This document shows, one piece after another, positions 29,648-44,316 of a DNA stretch of 64,000 nucleotides; the first letter of the stretch is position 1, and each line of letters begins with the position of its first letter. Made by a program: the position numbers and the translations under genes. The notes beneath the pieces were generated by a model, which searched no databases, was not told the origin of the DNA, and saw only the letters and a list, made by a program, of their open reading frames with translations. Source of the DNA: Eledone cirrhosa (lineage: Eukaryota); the NCBI GenBank assembly GCA_964016885.1, contig OZ024740.1:233616001-233680000 (forward strand). The letters run 5' to 3'.

Positions 29648-29864
29648 GAAGGCGTGTGGCTGAGTGGTTAGAGAATTGGATTCACAATCGTAAGGTTGTG
29701 AGTTCGATTCCTGGACTAGGCGATGCGTTATGTCCTTGAGCAAGACACTTTATTTCACGTTGCTCCTTCTACCTGGAGTTGCGACCGATAGTATTAGCAA
29801 TTGGAAAGACCAACGGAAACATTGTTCCCTCGGTCCGATTTGACGAAAGTCGATCGTCCTTTTA
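29648..29864 (+). mobile_element. tRNA-derived SINE family 2 (CORE-like central domain)
   Basis: A box TGGCTGAGTGG, B box GTTCGATTCC, then GTCCTTGAGCAAGACACTTTATTTCAC; near-identical copy at 44317-44537. Confidence 0.85.
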
Positions 29865-29959
29865 TACATACATATATATATATACATATATATATATATA
29901 TGTCTATATATATATATAGACATATATATAAATATATATATATGTATATATATATACAC

Positions 29960-30025
<66 letters not shown>

Positions 30026-30752
30026 ATGTATATATATATATATATATATATATGTTTATATATCTATGTATGTATGTATATATATATATATACATACATA
30101 TATGGTGGCTGCCAACTCGTTTTCGAGTACGGCCACTACTTTATATCCATATAGGAGAAACCCTATCGATGCGCTGAATGAGTGTGACTTTTTAGTCCAG
30201 CCAGCGACTTGAAAACTCTGGTACAAACACTACACTTGTGAGCATTATTGACACATAGTGCAGGGCCCATGGTACCATGTGATGACAAGTGCAGAGAGAT
30301 CTCCAGATATAAAGCAATGCCTGTGCCGTGAAGCTTTTATAGTGAGCAAAGGCACTGCACAAAGCCAGTCCCACTCTCTTAACCAAGATGATATTTACCA
30401 AAAAGAAGAACAAGTCAACATCATTGGATACCATCAGGGTTGCAGGTGTTATATCAGAGTTTTCCTTCTCCTAGAATTCTGCCTTGACAAAGGCTAAGGG
30501 GTCATCTCTCCCGGTGATTTTGGATGGCCATTGACTCTTAAGAGCTCCTTTGCCCTTTGACAGGTTTTGTTTTTAGTCCTGCAGGATGTCCAAAGTCACC
30601 CTCCTCACCAACAAACCTTGGTAGGGTTGCCAGTTTAGTCGCTAACGACCCGACCATGAGACAGGTTGTACTGGGATACATGTTACCAGTAGCACCAACT
30701 GGTGATCTGACATAACATACATATATATATATATATACATACATTCATACAC

Positions 30753-30787
<35 letters not shown>

Positions 30788-30869
30788 CCTTATTCCGGGT
30801 TGAATCGGAGGTAACCACAGTAAGTAAGGTACTCAATACATTGCAGAGTATAAAAGTTTTAATATAGAT

Positions 30870-30922
30870 GAGATTCTACAGGACTAGAACTGTTTCATTC
30901 TTTAGAAATCATCAGGAATCTC
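30870..30922 (-). ncRNA. Type I hammerhead ribozyme candidate in a 150-bp mini-element (30786-30935)
   Basis: Reverse complement of 30971-31023. Confidence 0.7.
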
Positions 30923-30970
30923 TATATTAAAACTTATATATATATATATATATATATAAGTTTTAATATA

Positions 30971-31023
30971 GAGATTCCTGATGATTTCTAAAGAATGAAA
31001 CAGTTCTAGTCCTGTAGAATCTC
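30971..31023 (+). ncRNA. Type I hammerhead ribozyme candidate in a 150-bp mini-element (30958-31107)
   Basis: GAGAUUC-CUGAUGA-UUUC-UAAA-GAAU-GAAACAG-UUCUAGUC-CUGUA-GAAUCUC. Stem I is 7 bp and extends about 15 bp further; stem III is ACAG/CUGU; triplet GUA. The first stem II pair is a non-canonical U-U. Confidence 0.75.
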
Positions 31024-31101
31024 ATCTATATTAAAACTTTTATACTCTGCAATGTATTGAGTACCTTACTTACTGTGGTTACCTCCGATTCAACCCGGAA
31101 T

Positions 31102-31146
<45 letters not shown>

Positions 31147-31984
31147 ACACACACATATGTGTGTGTGTGTGTCTACCCGTATTTAAAGTCTCAAATATAT
31201 TTCCATATCATCGTTTTCGAAATCGAAATCTCTATATTTTTCTTCCTGATAACTTCTTTGTATTTCTTGTTACTGGTTTATATCTGTTTTCCTCCTTGTA
31301 TCAGTTATTCCCTCACACACTTCTCTCTATATTTCTATTTCATTCCTATTCTTTTCTTTTTCCTATTTCTTCTTCTATTCATACCCTTACTCCTTTCGTA
31401 CAGATTGTTTTTTTTTATTTGCTTTCTTCATTTTTTAATTACACTTTTTCAGTAACTTCTCCTATTTTCTTCCAATCATTATCTCTTTTTTATTTCCTTA
31501 TCATCTCCATTTCCTTCGACTTTCCAACACAGAACTGTTGATCCATTCATTTTTATTTTCCATTTCTTCTTTCTTTTTCTCTCTTTCTTATAATTTCTTC
31601 GACTTTTCATCAAATATTTTTCTTTCTTTCCATCACCTCAAACATTGGGTTACTTATATTTTGTTTGTGTTTATTTTCTTGTTTTGTTTCGCTTATTATT
31701 TTTTTAAATATCTTTGCCAAGAACACGAGTCGGTTAGTTTTTGATTTAAGGATCTACACTGAAGTTGATGCGATTAAGTATGTCTTGGGTTACATGATGT
31801 AGGCAGAGCTGTGCAGCTGGAAGTACCAGGCAGAGAGGGTGTGCCCCATTGCTAGCTGACACGGAGCAAAAGGTGCAAAGGTAACGCGTAAACTGACACA
31901 TTGAATACGAGTAATCATACATATACGTACGCACACATACATACACACACACACAAATATATATACACACACATATATATATAC

Positions 31985-32038
<54 letters not shown>

Positions 32039-32049
32039 AATACACACAC

Positions 32050-32103
<54 letters not shown>

Positions 32104-32106
<3 letters not shown>

Positions 32107-32280
32107 AACACGTCTGAGCTCAAGCTGTTTCGACGGCTAATTCTGGACAGAATTAGCCGTCGAAACGGCTTGAGCTCAGCCGTAGGGGTCTTACTGGTTC
32201 CTATTACCCACTCTGCTACCCCAAGTATTGAGTACTTTGGTGCGTTATGGTCCACCTGGTCCCTTACCACATTTCCTTCG

Positions 32281-32281
<1 letters not shown>
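32104..32281 (+). mobile_element. (TA)n-embedded hairpin mini-element family D
   Basis: Palindrome CTGAGCTCAAG..TTTCGACGGCTAATTCTG / CAGAATTAGCCGTCGAAACGGCTTGAGCTCAG followed by the tail ..CACTCT..GTATTGAGTAC..TTCCTTCG; other copies at 47068, 48862 and 63668. Confidence 0.8.
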
Positions 32282-32369
<88 letters not shown>

Positions 32370-33184
32370 TATATAGTCAAGGGGTAGACATTTTGTAAAG
32401 TTGTTATTTAGTTAGTACAATAAGAAGTGAAATATGTAGTTTGTGCATGAGTATAGTAAAAGCAATGTGACACATACGAACATTACTTTAATGTAAATAG
32501 AACTTGAAATCTGCAGAAGATCAGCAACTGATCAGTGATTTATTTGAAAACAAAATAATTTCTAAACTAATAATACCCAACACATCCCGACAACATGCTC
32601 TGCTCACACAAGATATTCTACTTTTACCGTGGAGATATGTTTCTACGCATGCTTTACGTGAAAGTAGTTGCCATTAGTCTTCTCAAACACAGGGCAGTAA
32701 TAAAATTTTTTTAACTTAAAAAACATCAATTTGAGGCTCTTTCGTTGGCTATTATAAAAATATCATGTGCACCACTGACAGAGACATTACTTCCACAAGG
32801 ATAACATAGAGCAATGAAGTTAGACTAACCAATATCTCAAGTGTGTTCTATCACAAATAATCCCTTTGCAGTGACGGTGGTTCTGTCCTGTGAAATATCA
32901 ACAAATCGCTCAAAAAGAAGAGAAAATCCGATTTTTAGATATGACACGAACTTTCCTTCAAAACGAATTTTAATTTTTGCTCTTTTTTTCTTACATTGCT
33001 TGCGTATTCTTTGAAAAATAATGAATATGTTTGGATAGCTAGATGGTGATCCTTATAATCGTGTTGAGCTGTTAAAGGGTGGCATTGTCTGTGGTGCCTA
33101 ATACTGATGTTTCCGATTATAATAACGACAGAAGAAGAAGAAGAAGAAGAAGAAGAAGAAGAAGAAGAAGAAGAAGAAGAAGAA

Positions 33185-33219
<35 letters not shown>

Positions 33220-33516
33220 TGATGATGATGATTGTGTTGATGGTGGGATGATGTTGAAGATTTTGGTGGTGTGGTGGTTATGGTGGTGATAGTCTTGTTG
33301 ATGACGATAATCATGCAGGTGGCACCTATAGTGGTGGAATTGCAAGATGAAGTAGGGAAACGGGGTAACGAGGTTCATGTTGATTCTGTTGTTACGTGGT
33401 GTCTGAGTATCTCTGTGGCTCTTATTTTAGGTTATGTGGTGTAACACTTAGAAACAGGCAAAATATAACGTTATTGTTTCATTGTTGCTTTTGCTGATAC
33501 TATTCTTCTTAATGAA

Positions 33517-34794
33517 GGCGGTGGATTGGCAGTATCGGTAGAGCGTCGGGCACCTGGGTTGGCAGCATAGAGTTACGCACCTTTACGATCTGAGTTCAAA
33601 TCCTGCCGGGGTTAGCTTTGCCTTTCATCCTTACAGGATCGATAAAATAAAACACCAGTAATGCACTGGGGTCGATTTCATCGACTGTCCCCTCCCCCAA
33701 ATTGCTGGCCTTGTGCCGAAAGTAGAAATAGATAGTATTGTTCTTATTCATGAGCGCCCTCAAAGACGTACATCAGAGAATATACTTTAATACCACCCTC
33801 AATAGTTGTGTTCTTACCGTTATTATTTAGCCTCAGAAAGAGTGGTGGATTGGCAGTATCAGTAGAAAGTCGAACAACAGTATAGAGTTATGACCCTTTA
33901 TGCTCTGAGTTCAAATCCCGCCGAGGTTATCTTTGCCTTTCACCTTTACGTGGTCGATACAATAAAGCACCAATAATTGTTTCTACTTTAGGCACAAGGC
34001 CAGCAATTACCCAGTGCATTACTGGTACTTTATTTTATCGACCCGGTAAGGATGAAAGGCAAAGTCAACCTCGGCGGGATTTGAACTCCGATACAATAAA
34101 GCACCAATAATGCACTGGGGTAGATTTGTTGGCCTTGTGTTGAAATGAGAAACCATTAATCAGCTCCAGGTCAACTCTGGTCAAGCATATTTATGATAAA
34201 CTTATTTAGCTGCTATTTCTAGAAGGTTGAAAGAACAGGCACAGAATACTTCGTTTCATCAATTTGTCATTCAAACTGAATGAAAGAGTTTCGTGTTATA
34301 AGTCCATCGTTTACCCATTAGATTAGACCTTCTTGGATTTTTCCATGCTTCTGTCTCAATACCTCTCCCTTCAGTCACTATATTTTTCATTATATATCTT
34401 ATTCAGCCAATAATATAATTGTTTCTACTTTTGGCACAAGGCCAGCAATTATGCCAGTGCATTACTGGTGCTTTATCTCATCGACTCCGTAAGGATGAAA
34501 GGCAAAGTTAACCTCGGCTGGATTTGAACTCAGAACATAAAGGGACATAACACTATGCTGCAAAGCATGTTGTCCGACGCTCGACCGATACCGCCAATCC
34601 ACCAATAATATAATTGTTTCTACTTTTGGCATAAGGCCAGCAATTACCCCAGTGCATTACTGGTGCTTTATTTTATCGACCCCGTAAGGATGAAAGGCAA
34701 AGTTAACCTCGGCGGGATTTGAACTCAGTCCGTAAAGGGACGTAACTGTGCTGGAAAGCAAGGCGTCCGACCCTCTGCCGATACTGCCAATCCA
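33517..34794. mobile_element. Cluster of five SINE family 1 copies: 33517-33730 (+, long form), 33843-34160 (+) with nested 33976-34088 (-), 34417-34602 (-), 34611-34794 (-)
   Basis: Family motifs; the nested copy is flanked by the TSD CGATACAATAAAGCACCAATAAT. Confidence 0.9.
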
Positions 34795-35276
34795 CGTCCC
34801 CCCAATCACCTTCAATAATGAATGACACACATGCTTTCTTGCTGCATATTTTCACCCCAACAAATGATTGAAATCGGACAAATATTTAGTTCATGTTACA
34901 TCATTTCAGGCAAAATCCGACCATACGAAAAATAAAGACATTTCGTGGCAAAGGTGGAAGTATTTATAATACTTATTGATAGATGCTGTTATTTTTAGTA
35001 TTGGATTCACTGCTATTTTTAGAAGTATGAAGTCATGTTTGTTTTTTCTATGAATGTGCACATGGCAATAAGAGCTTCATTGTGGCTATATTAAGTAAAC
35101 CAATGATTCACTGCAGTGCAAAGTAAGAAAATATTTGGATGGTTTTATGTAATCATCTTTTCAGAGTTGAATTCCGTTATCATAGAGACTTCCAAATCAA
35201 ACTTACGAAAATTTATTCTCAACGAAATTTGGTTGTCCATTGTTCTAGTATTATTATTAAATATCGTTTAATGATA

Positions 35277-35980
35277 GGGCAGTTGATTAGCAGTATGGAT
35301 AGAGGGTCTGATGCCTTGTTTTGCAGCATAGAGTTACGGCCTTTTATGATCTCATTTCAAATCCCGCCGAGGTCAATTTTGCCTTTCATCCTTACGGGGT
35401 CGATGAAATACACTGGAGCAATTACTGGCCTTGTGCCAAAACGAGAAACAATTATTATTAAATTGCATTTAATAACAGGGTGGAAGATTGGAAGTATCGT
35501 TAGCGGGTCGGCCGCCATGCTTTGCAGCATAGAGTTACGGCCCTTTGCGGTCTGAGTTCAAATCCGGCCGAGATTAATTTTGCCTTTCATCGATAAAATA
35601 AAGTACCAGTAATGCACTGGAGCCGATTTAATCGACTTTCCGCTTCCCTTCAAATTGCTGGCCTTGTGCCAAATGTAGAAACAATTATTATTAAATAGCC
35701 TTTAATAATAGGCCGGTGGAGTGGCAATATCGCTAGAGGGTAGGACGCCATGTTTTACAGCAGAAAGTTACGGCCTTTACGGTCTGAGTTCAAGTACCAG
35801 TAATACACTGTGTAATTGCTGGCGTTGTGCCAAAAAGTAGAAACAATTATTAGGTACGGTCTGAGTTCAAATTCCGCCGAGGTTAATTTTGCCTTTCATC
35901 CTTACGGGATCGATAAAATAAAGTACCAGTAATACACTGGGATAATTGTTTGCCTTGTGCCAAAAGTAAAAACAATTATT
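35277..35980 (+). mobile_element. Head-to-tail cluster of SINE family 1 (three copies plus a nested truncated copy at about 35794-35852)
   Basis: Family motifs; TACGGTCTGAGTTCAA is duplicated around the nested fragment. Confidence 0.85.
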
Positions 35981-36114
35981 ATTAAATGGTGTTATGAAGT
36001 GGAGATGGCTGAATCAGTAGAGTACTAGTTAACATATCCTGTGACATTTAAAACGTCCATTTACGTTTACAGCTAATTATTCTGGATACACATACATACG
36101 CGCGCACACTCAAT

Positions 36115-36145
<31 letters not shown>

Positions 36146-37734
36146 GATGGCTGCCCCCTCGTATCGAGTATAGCCATTACACGATATAACATTATTAATA
36201 ATTATCAATTAATGCTATCGCGCAATACCTGTGCGTGAAGTTTTTTTTTAAAGTGAGGAAGCTATTCGCACTCTTTGAGGGACAGTTGCTATAACCCGAA
36301 AAGAAGTAAAGATCAACATCATCGGTAACTACTGAGCCGCAAGTTTTATGTCGGAGTTATCCCAGTTTCCTGAGTTGCCTTTTCTTAGAAGAATGCCTTG
36401 AAAAAGGCTAGCGGTCCTTCACTATACGTTCATATGTGAGTGTTGGTATGTATGTATTTATGTGCGTGAGTGTCTATGTATATCGAGTGTATTAATAAAA
36501 TCATAGAGTGTGGTTATCTGCGAAAAATTCATTGCACACACTTTCCATAATAAATAGCTAATTCAGCGTACAGCACCCTAATCGGAGCTAAAAGATAATA
36601 ATAATGAATATTATTCGGACTTTGTCCCATAGTACAATTGTACAATTGCTGTATCATCAAACACTTTTCGTTTATTCTTTTATGATTTTATTGTTTTAGT
36701 AGTTTCAGTCATTAGATGGTGTTCATACTGAAGCATAAACCTTTATGAGGAAAGACGTTCGTGACAGGTTTTCCATGTAAATATAGCATTGGAAGCTGAT
36801 AAATTTTTTTCCCAAGATAAAGGACAAATTCGTCGTAATTTCAATTAATTAATGAAGCCACATAGTATGGGTGTATTTTGATAATTTTTTCTCCCCGTTT
36901 CCATAATAAAGTGTTTATTATTTGCCAGACACGCTATTTCAACGAAAGGTTTTGACACTTTATAATAGACTGCTATTAAGAAACAAAGTAAAATTTAAAT
37001 AACAAATTTTGCGTTCTTAAAAAGCTTCAATTCCACGTCCTTAATGTAATTTGTTTTCGTTTTGACATATCGTCTCTGACTAAGTCATTTGCTTAGTCTT
37101 ATACATACATGCACACACATACACACACAGAACATCAACAGCTATAAAGTGTTAGGTAGAGACAGTCTTATTTACAAGTATTGCTGTGGTAACTTGTACT
37201 CGGTGGTAGTAGTTGGTTATCAGCTTTGCTTAAAGTAAACTAAATCAACAGTTGATTATAATTTTAATGGATGGATACCGATATCTATCTCATCACGAAC
37301 GTACGCACTCTCACACACACACCTACACATTCATATTAATTCATGGTCACGTTCAGGCAGATTCGTATGTGTATAAACATGCAAGCTGCTGCATTATTTA
37401 ATATGTTTCGCTAAACAAAGCGTTAGCAATATCATTCCCCGGTGTAAATCAGAAACCAATATTATTCCCAGGGGTAATCGTTAATATAGATTCGTTGCTG
37501 GCTACATCTCATATTTTAGAATGTGTGGCCTTTGTTCAATTCTGAAGTAAATTCATATCGCAAATTTCGATATTCAACACCGGAGTTTCTTTTAAAAGAA
37601 GACTAATTAATTCCTTTTAACATTAACATTATTTATATTTCAGTTACAGTATATGAATCGTGTAGATTAAACTACGCAACTTGTAATTCCAAGTCAGTTG
37701 TATTATTCTCAGAACCGTCTCTGATCCTAATATA

Positions 37735-37904
37735 CCGTATTTCCCGACGCCGAAGACGCTTCGTCCTTGAGGACGCACCCTAATTTTGACAAACAACAAT
37801 TTTTTTAAATATTGATAAACAACCTTCGGCCTCTAGGACGCATGGTAGATTTTTTAGACTTATTTTAGGGAAAAACGTAGCATCTTCAACGCCGGGAAAT
37901 ACGG
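37735..37904. mobile_element. Tc1/mariner (pogo/Tigger-like) MITE
   Basis: TIRs CCGTATTTCCCG(A)CG / CGCCGGGAAATACGG with TA on each side. Confidence 0.85.
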
Positions 37905-38396
37905 TAGGTCCTATGCCTTAATCCATTCGATGAGTCGACTAAAGTGATATGATATAAGTAAATGAAGCCCAGAATACATAGAATTGACACTAAATAAATC
38001 CTTTTCTTATGGTTTAAAGCAACAGCCAAATTTCCTTCAAATTACACCCTAGCATCTTGAAAATGGAAAGACATATTCAATAATTTAAACCAAGATACTC
38101 ATTGCCCAAGAAAAAGATCGGGTGGGATGGAATGGTCCTTAATGGAATGATTTCTATGGTAGATCTGCTCTGCCAGTGACTTACATGAAGCCAAACAAAA
38201 AGCCCAGCGAGAAAAACTGCATACCGTTAACAATAGTAAATCTACTATTATATCCAATACCTTTCTGGTGTTAAATTTGATTTGTAGCACTGCAAAACGA
38301 TCAATGTTTTTTGTAGTAACATGCCCTCGTTGTATTGCAAAGTTAAGTACGACACGTAGGCGACGTCGAATCGTGTAATAGACAGTTAATATGAGC

Positions 38397-38684
38397 ACTC
38401 AGACTCAGACTCAGAAGCTCCCGCGTCTTGCGATGCATGAGGCAATCATAGTGTTCCACCGCGTTCGGTCAGCAGCCAGTTGCACAGCGTCCCGCCATTG
38501 TCTGTTTGTCGCTCGCAGGTCCCTCTCAACTGTCTGGCGCCGGTTCATTTTGGGTCGCCCTCTCCGTCTGCTTCCCTGTGGGTTCCATTTAAGTACTTGG
38601 TTCGCCAGTCTCTCCGGGGGAAGTCTCAAAGCGGGCCCAAACCAGCCCAGGCGTCGCTTGCAGATGGCAGAAGAGACTAGCTGG
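38397..38684 (-). mobile_element. RTE/RTEX-type LINE 3' end, 5'-truncated, with (GTCTGA)n tail
   Basis: Minus-strand translation ..RRLGWFGPALRLPPERLANQVLKWNPQGSRRRGRPK..DRTRWNTMIASC..* followed by GTCTGAGTCTGAGT. Confidence 0.85.
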
Positions 38685-38951
38685 TAAATGATTTTTCTTT
38701 AATTTTGCATTGAACCTATGCAATAACAAATAACTAAAACGACATTTTTTAATGGAAAACAAATAGACTTTAAAAAAATAAACTCTGTAACCATATCGTC
38801 CAGGGGAAACATCGGGTAGATTATTCTACACAACTAACAGAAACAACATGAAACAAATGTTAGTATAGGTGATAAATAAGAACCAAACTACCCCACAGCC
38901 ACCGAAAGACCAACAATAGCAACGCTACCATTCAAGAGAGAGAGGAAGGCG

Positions 38952-39049
<98 letters not shown>

Positions 39050-39936
39050 GAGAGTGAGAGAGAGAAAGAAAACAGAGAAAGGGAAAGAGAGGGCGAGACT
39101 GAGAGAGCAGATAGCAGAGTAATGGAGAAGAAGGGTTTATACACGGCCTATTAACAACAGTGGCTAAATATCTATCAAATCACACCACACAATTATAAAA
39201 CAAGAACACATTGTTGTCCCGCATAGGCTTGAGCTGAATAACAGATGAGACTGTCACGATCGGAACGCCTTTGAACAACAACAACAACAAAAACAACGAC
39301 AACAACAACAACAATGACGAAGACGATGATAACGATGTCGACCATTGTAGCATGGACGAAACCAGTAACGAAAACCACGAGAAATACTTTAGATGACGTA
39401 ATACCAGCATGAATAAATATTTAAAAAAAAAAAAAAAAAATGGCAACAGCTGTATCAGAAAACGACAACAACAACAATGACAACAATATTAGTAAGAACA
39501 TCAATAAATAACTAAACACAACTACTGTCATTGCATCCAACTTTTACACATGGTTCATTATGAATGACGAAACAGGGTGGAGGGTAACTAATCATTAGAG
39601 TTATATGAAAGGCCTGTGTAAATTTGTCGTGTATTTTAGATAACTGGAGATGAACAAACTGTTATCTGTTCTATCTTTCATTTATCTAACTGCATCTTAT
39701 CTAACGTTTATCAATATGTCTATCTTTCTAAGCATATATGTATGTAGATTTGTAATATACATACTTTTTGTTTGTTTGTTTCTACTTATATTCAGTGTTT
39801 TCGGTATGAATACTTGTTTGTTTGCATATATATGCAAGTATATATCTATACGTCTATTTAACCCTAACCCTAACCACCAATTTAACTGTCTATCCAACAT
39901 TAATAATCTATGTGAATATCTGTCTATCTATCTGTA

Positions 39937-39968
<32 letters not shown>

Positions 39969-40050
39969 CATTTATATATCTATCTATCTATATCTCTATC
40001 TCTCTAGCTATCTCTTTCTCTTTCTCTTTCTCTTTCTCTTTCTCTTTCTC

Positions 40051-40620
<570 letters not shown>

Positions 40621-40747
40621 CTACCAATCTATCCATCAGTGTATCTGTCTATTTATGTATCAAAGTTACAATCTATTTACTTATCTGTTATCTGTTCGCA
40701 TGCTTCTCTTTCTGAATATATCTCTTTGTGCTTATATGTTCTGATGA

Positions 40748-40816
<69 letters not shown>

Positions 40817-40870
40817 ATTTATATATTATATATATATATATATATATGTATTATATGTATATATATATAT

Positions 40871-40906
<36 letters not shown>

Positions 40907-40915
40907 ATATATATG

Positions 40916-41005
<90 letters not shown>

Positions 41006-41160
41006 CACACACACACACACACTTAAACATATAAAACCACACATGCAAATTAAATGTACACAAATTTACACATCAAAATGTATAACATATATGTAATCCA
41101 ATAGATATATGTATATGAATATTATATATATATATATGTGTGTGTGTGTGTATGAATAAA

Positions 41161-41232
<72 letters not shown>

Positions 41233-41265
41233 ATATATGTGTGTGTGTATATATGTATATGAACA

Positions 41266-41362
<97 letters not shown>

Positions 41363-41364
<2 letters not shown>

Positions 41365-41419
41365 GTAAGTATGTATGTATACGCACATACATATATGTAT
41401 ACAGACGTACAGTAGCATG

Positions 41420-41451
<32 letters not shown>

Positions 41452-41564
41452 CATATATACATACAGGTACACATACATATATGTACGTTATAATAAGCGT
41501 CCGCTAAACTGATACGTACATATATGTATGTGTACCTGTATGTATATATGTATATATATGTATA

Positions 41565-41628
<64 letters not shown>

Positions 41629-41685
41629 CATGCTACTGTACGTCTGTATACATATATGTATGTGTGTATACATACATACTTACAT
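41363..41685. repeat. Fold-back inverted repeat centred on 41489-41513
   Basis: ATACAGACGTACAGTAGCATGCAC pairs with GTGCATGCTACTGTACGTCTGTAT, and CATACAGGTACACATACATATATGTACGT pairs with its reverse complement across a 25-nt loop. Confidence 0.85.
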
Positions 41686-41742
41686 TTAAGTAAGTGCCGT
41701 ACTAAGAGTGAGAAATGAAATTTCGTTTTCATTTTATTACAA

Positions 41743-41806
<64 letters not shown>

Positions 41807-41965
41807 TATATATATATATGTGTGTGTGGTGTGTGTATGTGTGTGTGACTTTATGTATATGCGTGTGTGTGTATGTGTGTGTTGTAAAATTTGTGCGTGT
41901 ATATGTATATGTATGTGTATGAGGTGCGAGATTGTGCGCTTTTATGAGTCTGTGTGTATATATAT

Positions 41966-41996
<31 letters not shown>

Positions 41997-42214
41997 CCTA
42001 AAAGCGAATTAAACACTTTGCAAATTGTTTTGCTCATTCGTTGCCACGACAGAGGTTGAATTGTCTAAAAAGTGGTTTGGTTGAGGCTCGCGTGCCGCAG
42101 GATACCCTCGTAAGACGGAGATAAGGTTGCAAAACATGTCAGTTCTTGTGCGTTTGTTTTTGCTTGCGAAGCTGCCAAGAATGGTAACGCCAAGTATGAA
42201 ATAAGTAACTGTTC

Positions 42215-42304
42215 TTGTTGTTGTTTTGTTGTTGTTGTTGGTGGTAGTAGTGGTGGTTGTGGTGGTTGTGGTGGTTGTGGTGGTGGTGGTGGTTGTAGTG
42301 CTGC

Positions 42305-42365
<61 letters not shown>

Positions 42366-42454
42366 ATTGTTGTTGGTGGTGGTTGGTGGTTGTGGTGGTG
42401 GTGGTAGTGCTTCTGTTGTTGTTGTTGGTGGTGGTGGTGGTAGTGATGTTGTTG

Positions 42455-42486
<32 letters not shown>

Positions 42487-43000
42487 GGTGGCTGTTGTTG
42501 TTGTTGTTGGTGGTGGTGGTAGTGGTGGTAGTGGTTGTGGTGGTGGTGGTGGTGCTGCTGTTGTTGTTTATGGTGGTGGTGGTGGTTGTGGTGGTGCTGC
42601 TGTTGTTGTTGTTGTTGGTGGTGGTGGGGTGCTGGTGGTGGTAGTGCTGCTGTTGTTGTTGTTTGTTGTTGTAGTGTTTGTTGTTGTTGTAGTAGTAGTC
42701 GTTGTTGTTGTAGTGTTTGTTGTTGTTGTAGTAGTCGTCGTTGTTGTAGTGTTTATTGTTGTTGTAGTAGTCGTCGTTGTTGTTGTAGTAGTCGCTGTTG
42801 TTGTTGTTGTAGTGTTTGTTGTTGTTGTAATAGTCGTCGTTGTTGTTGTAGTGTTTGTTGTTGTTGTAGTAGTCGTTGTTGTTGTAGTAGTCGTCGTTGT
42901 TGTTGTTGTACTGTTTGTTGTAGTAGTCGTTGTTGTTGTAGTGTTTGTTGTTGTTGTAGTGTTTGTTGTTGTTGTAGTGTTTGTTGTTGTTGCTGCTGCT
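42215..43000. repeat. (GTT)n/(GGT)n triplet array grading into an 18/21-bp minisatellite
   Basis: Seen directly. Confidence 0.9.
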
Positions 43001-43167
43001 GTTGCTGCGGCAATTATTATTGTTTTCTTGGTTGTTGTTTTTTTTTGTTGGTGCTGTTTTCATTTTTATCGCCATCATCATCATCATCATCATCATTATC
43101 ATAATCATCAGAATTCATTATTTTCTTCGTCTTCATCATCCACATTAGGTAGATAAATAAATATATC

Positions 43168-43205
<38 letters not shown>

Positions 43206-43206
43206 T

Positions 43207-43412
43207 ATGGTTTCGATAGAGCCTTGGAAAACATGATTTGTGGCATATAGTTACATCCCTGTACGTTCCGAGTTCAAATCCCGTTGATGTAAGCTTTGCC
43301 TTTTATTCTTACGAGGTCGATAAAATAAAGTACCATTAACGCACCGGCGTCGATTTAATCGACTTCTCCGCCTCCAAAATTGATGGCCTTGTGCCTATCA
43401 GAAACCATCATT
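43207..43412 (+). mobile_element. SINE family 1 (long form, diverged), followed by an (AGT/AGC)n array to about 43965
   Basis: Family body plus the GTCGATTTAATCGAC hairpin. Confidence 0.8.
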
Positions 43413-43414
43413 AA

Positions 43415-43477
<63 letters not shown>

Positions 43478-43505
43478 CGGCAGCAGCATCAGTAGCAGCA
43501 GCAGC

Positions 43506-43555
<50 letters not shown>

Positions 43556-43621
43556 CAGCCGCAGCAGTAATAGTAGTAGTAGTAGTAGTAGTAGCAGCAG
43601 TAGCAGTAGCAGTAGTAGTAA

Positions 43622-43663
<42 letters not shown>

Positions 43664-43695
43664 CGGCAGCAGCAGCAGCAGTAGTAGTAGTATTA

Positions 43696-43729
<34 letters not shown>

Positions 43730-43748
43730 CAGTAGCAGCAGCAGTAGC

Positions 43749-43792
<44 letters not shown>

Positions 43793-43924
43793 CAGCAGCA
43801 GTAGCAGTAGTAGTAGTAGTTGTAGTAGTAGTAGTAGTAGTAGCAGCAGCAGCAGTAGTAGTAGTAGTTGTAGTAGCAGCAGTAGTAGTAGTATTAGTAG
43901 TAGTAGTAGCAGAGCAGCAGCAGC

Positions 43925-43967
<43 letters not shown>

Positions 43968-44316
43968 TATGCCTACAAAACGTGATACTTACTTTCGAGC
44001 TCTATACCTTTTAAATCAAATTTGTGATATTTTCATGCAAGGGAATTTATTTTCTTACGCCTTTTTGGACAGTGTTTTAAACAAGCATACAACCTCGGAA
44101 TCTCGGAATCTGTGAATCCGCCGACTGGGTAGAAAGAAGTTTAAATTTCTTTTTTTGCATATTGAAATTGTAATATTTAAATAGCCGGCAATTTAATATT
44201 TAAATATTTAAATTTAATATTTAAATAGCCGGCAATGAGACAACAATCTGCAATAATAATGTCTGGGAGAAAATCGACATTACACAGAACACCATTTTTA
44301 CCAACATTTATTCTAC

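Noticed and set aside
29650-29720. tRNA gene (also 44319-44390)
   Set aside because: A and B boxes continue into a SINE body with a TSD; no proper acceptor stem.
31752-31880. Putative exon (TTTAAG|...AAG|GTAACG)
   Set aside because: Stops in all three frames; at most a non-coding exon and unsupported.
42065-43985. Asn/Gln/Thr-rich 347-aa and Ser-rich 201-aa ORFs
   Set aside because: Triplet-repeat translations with no unique domain.
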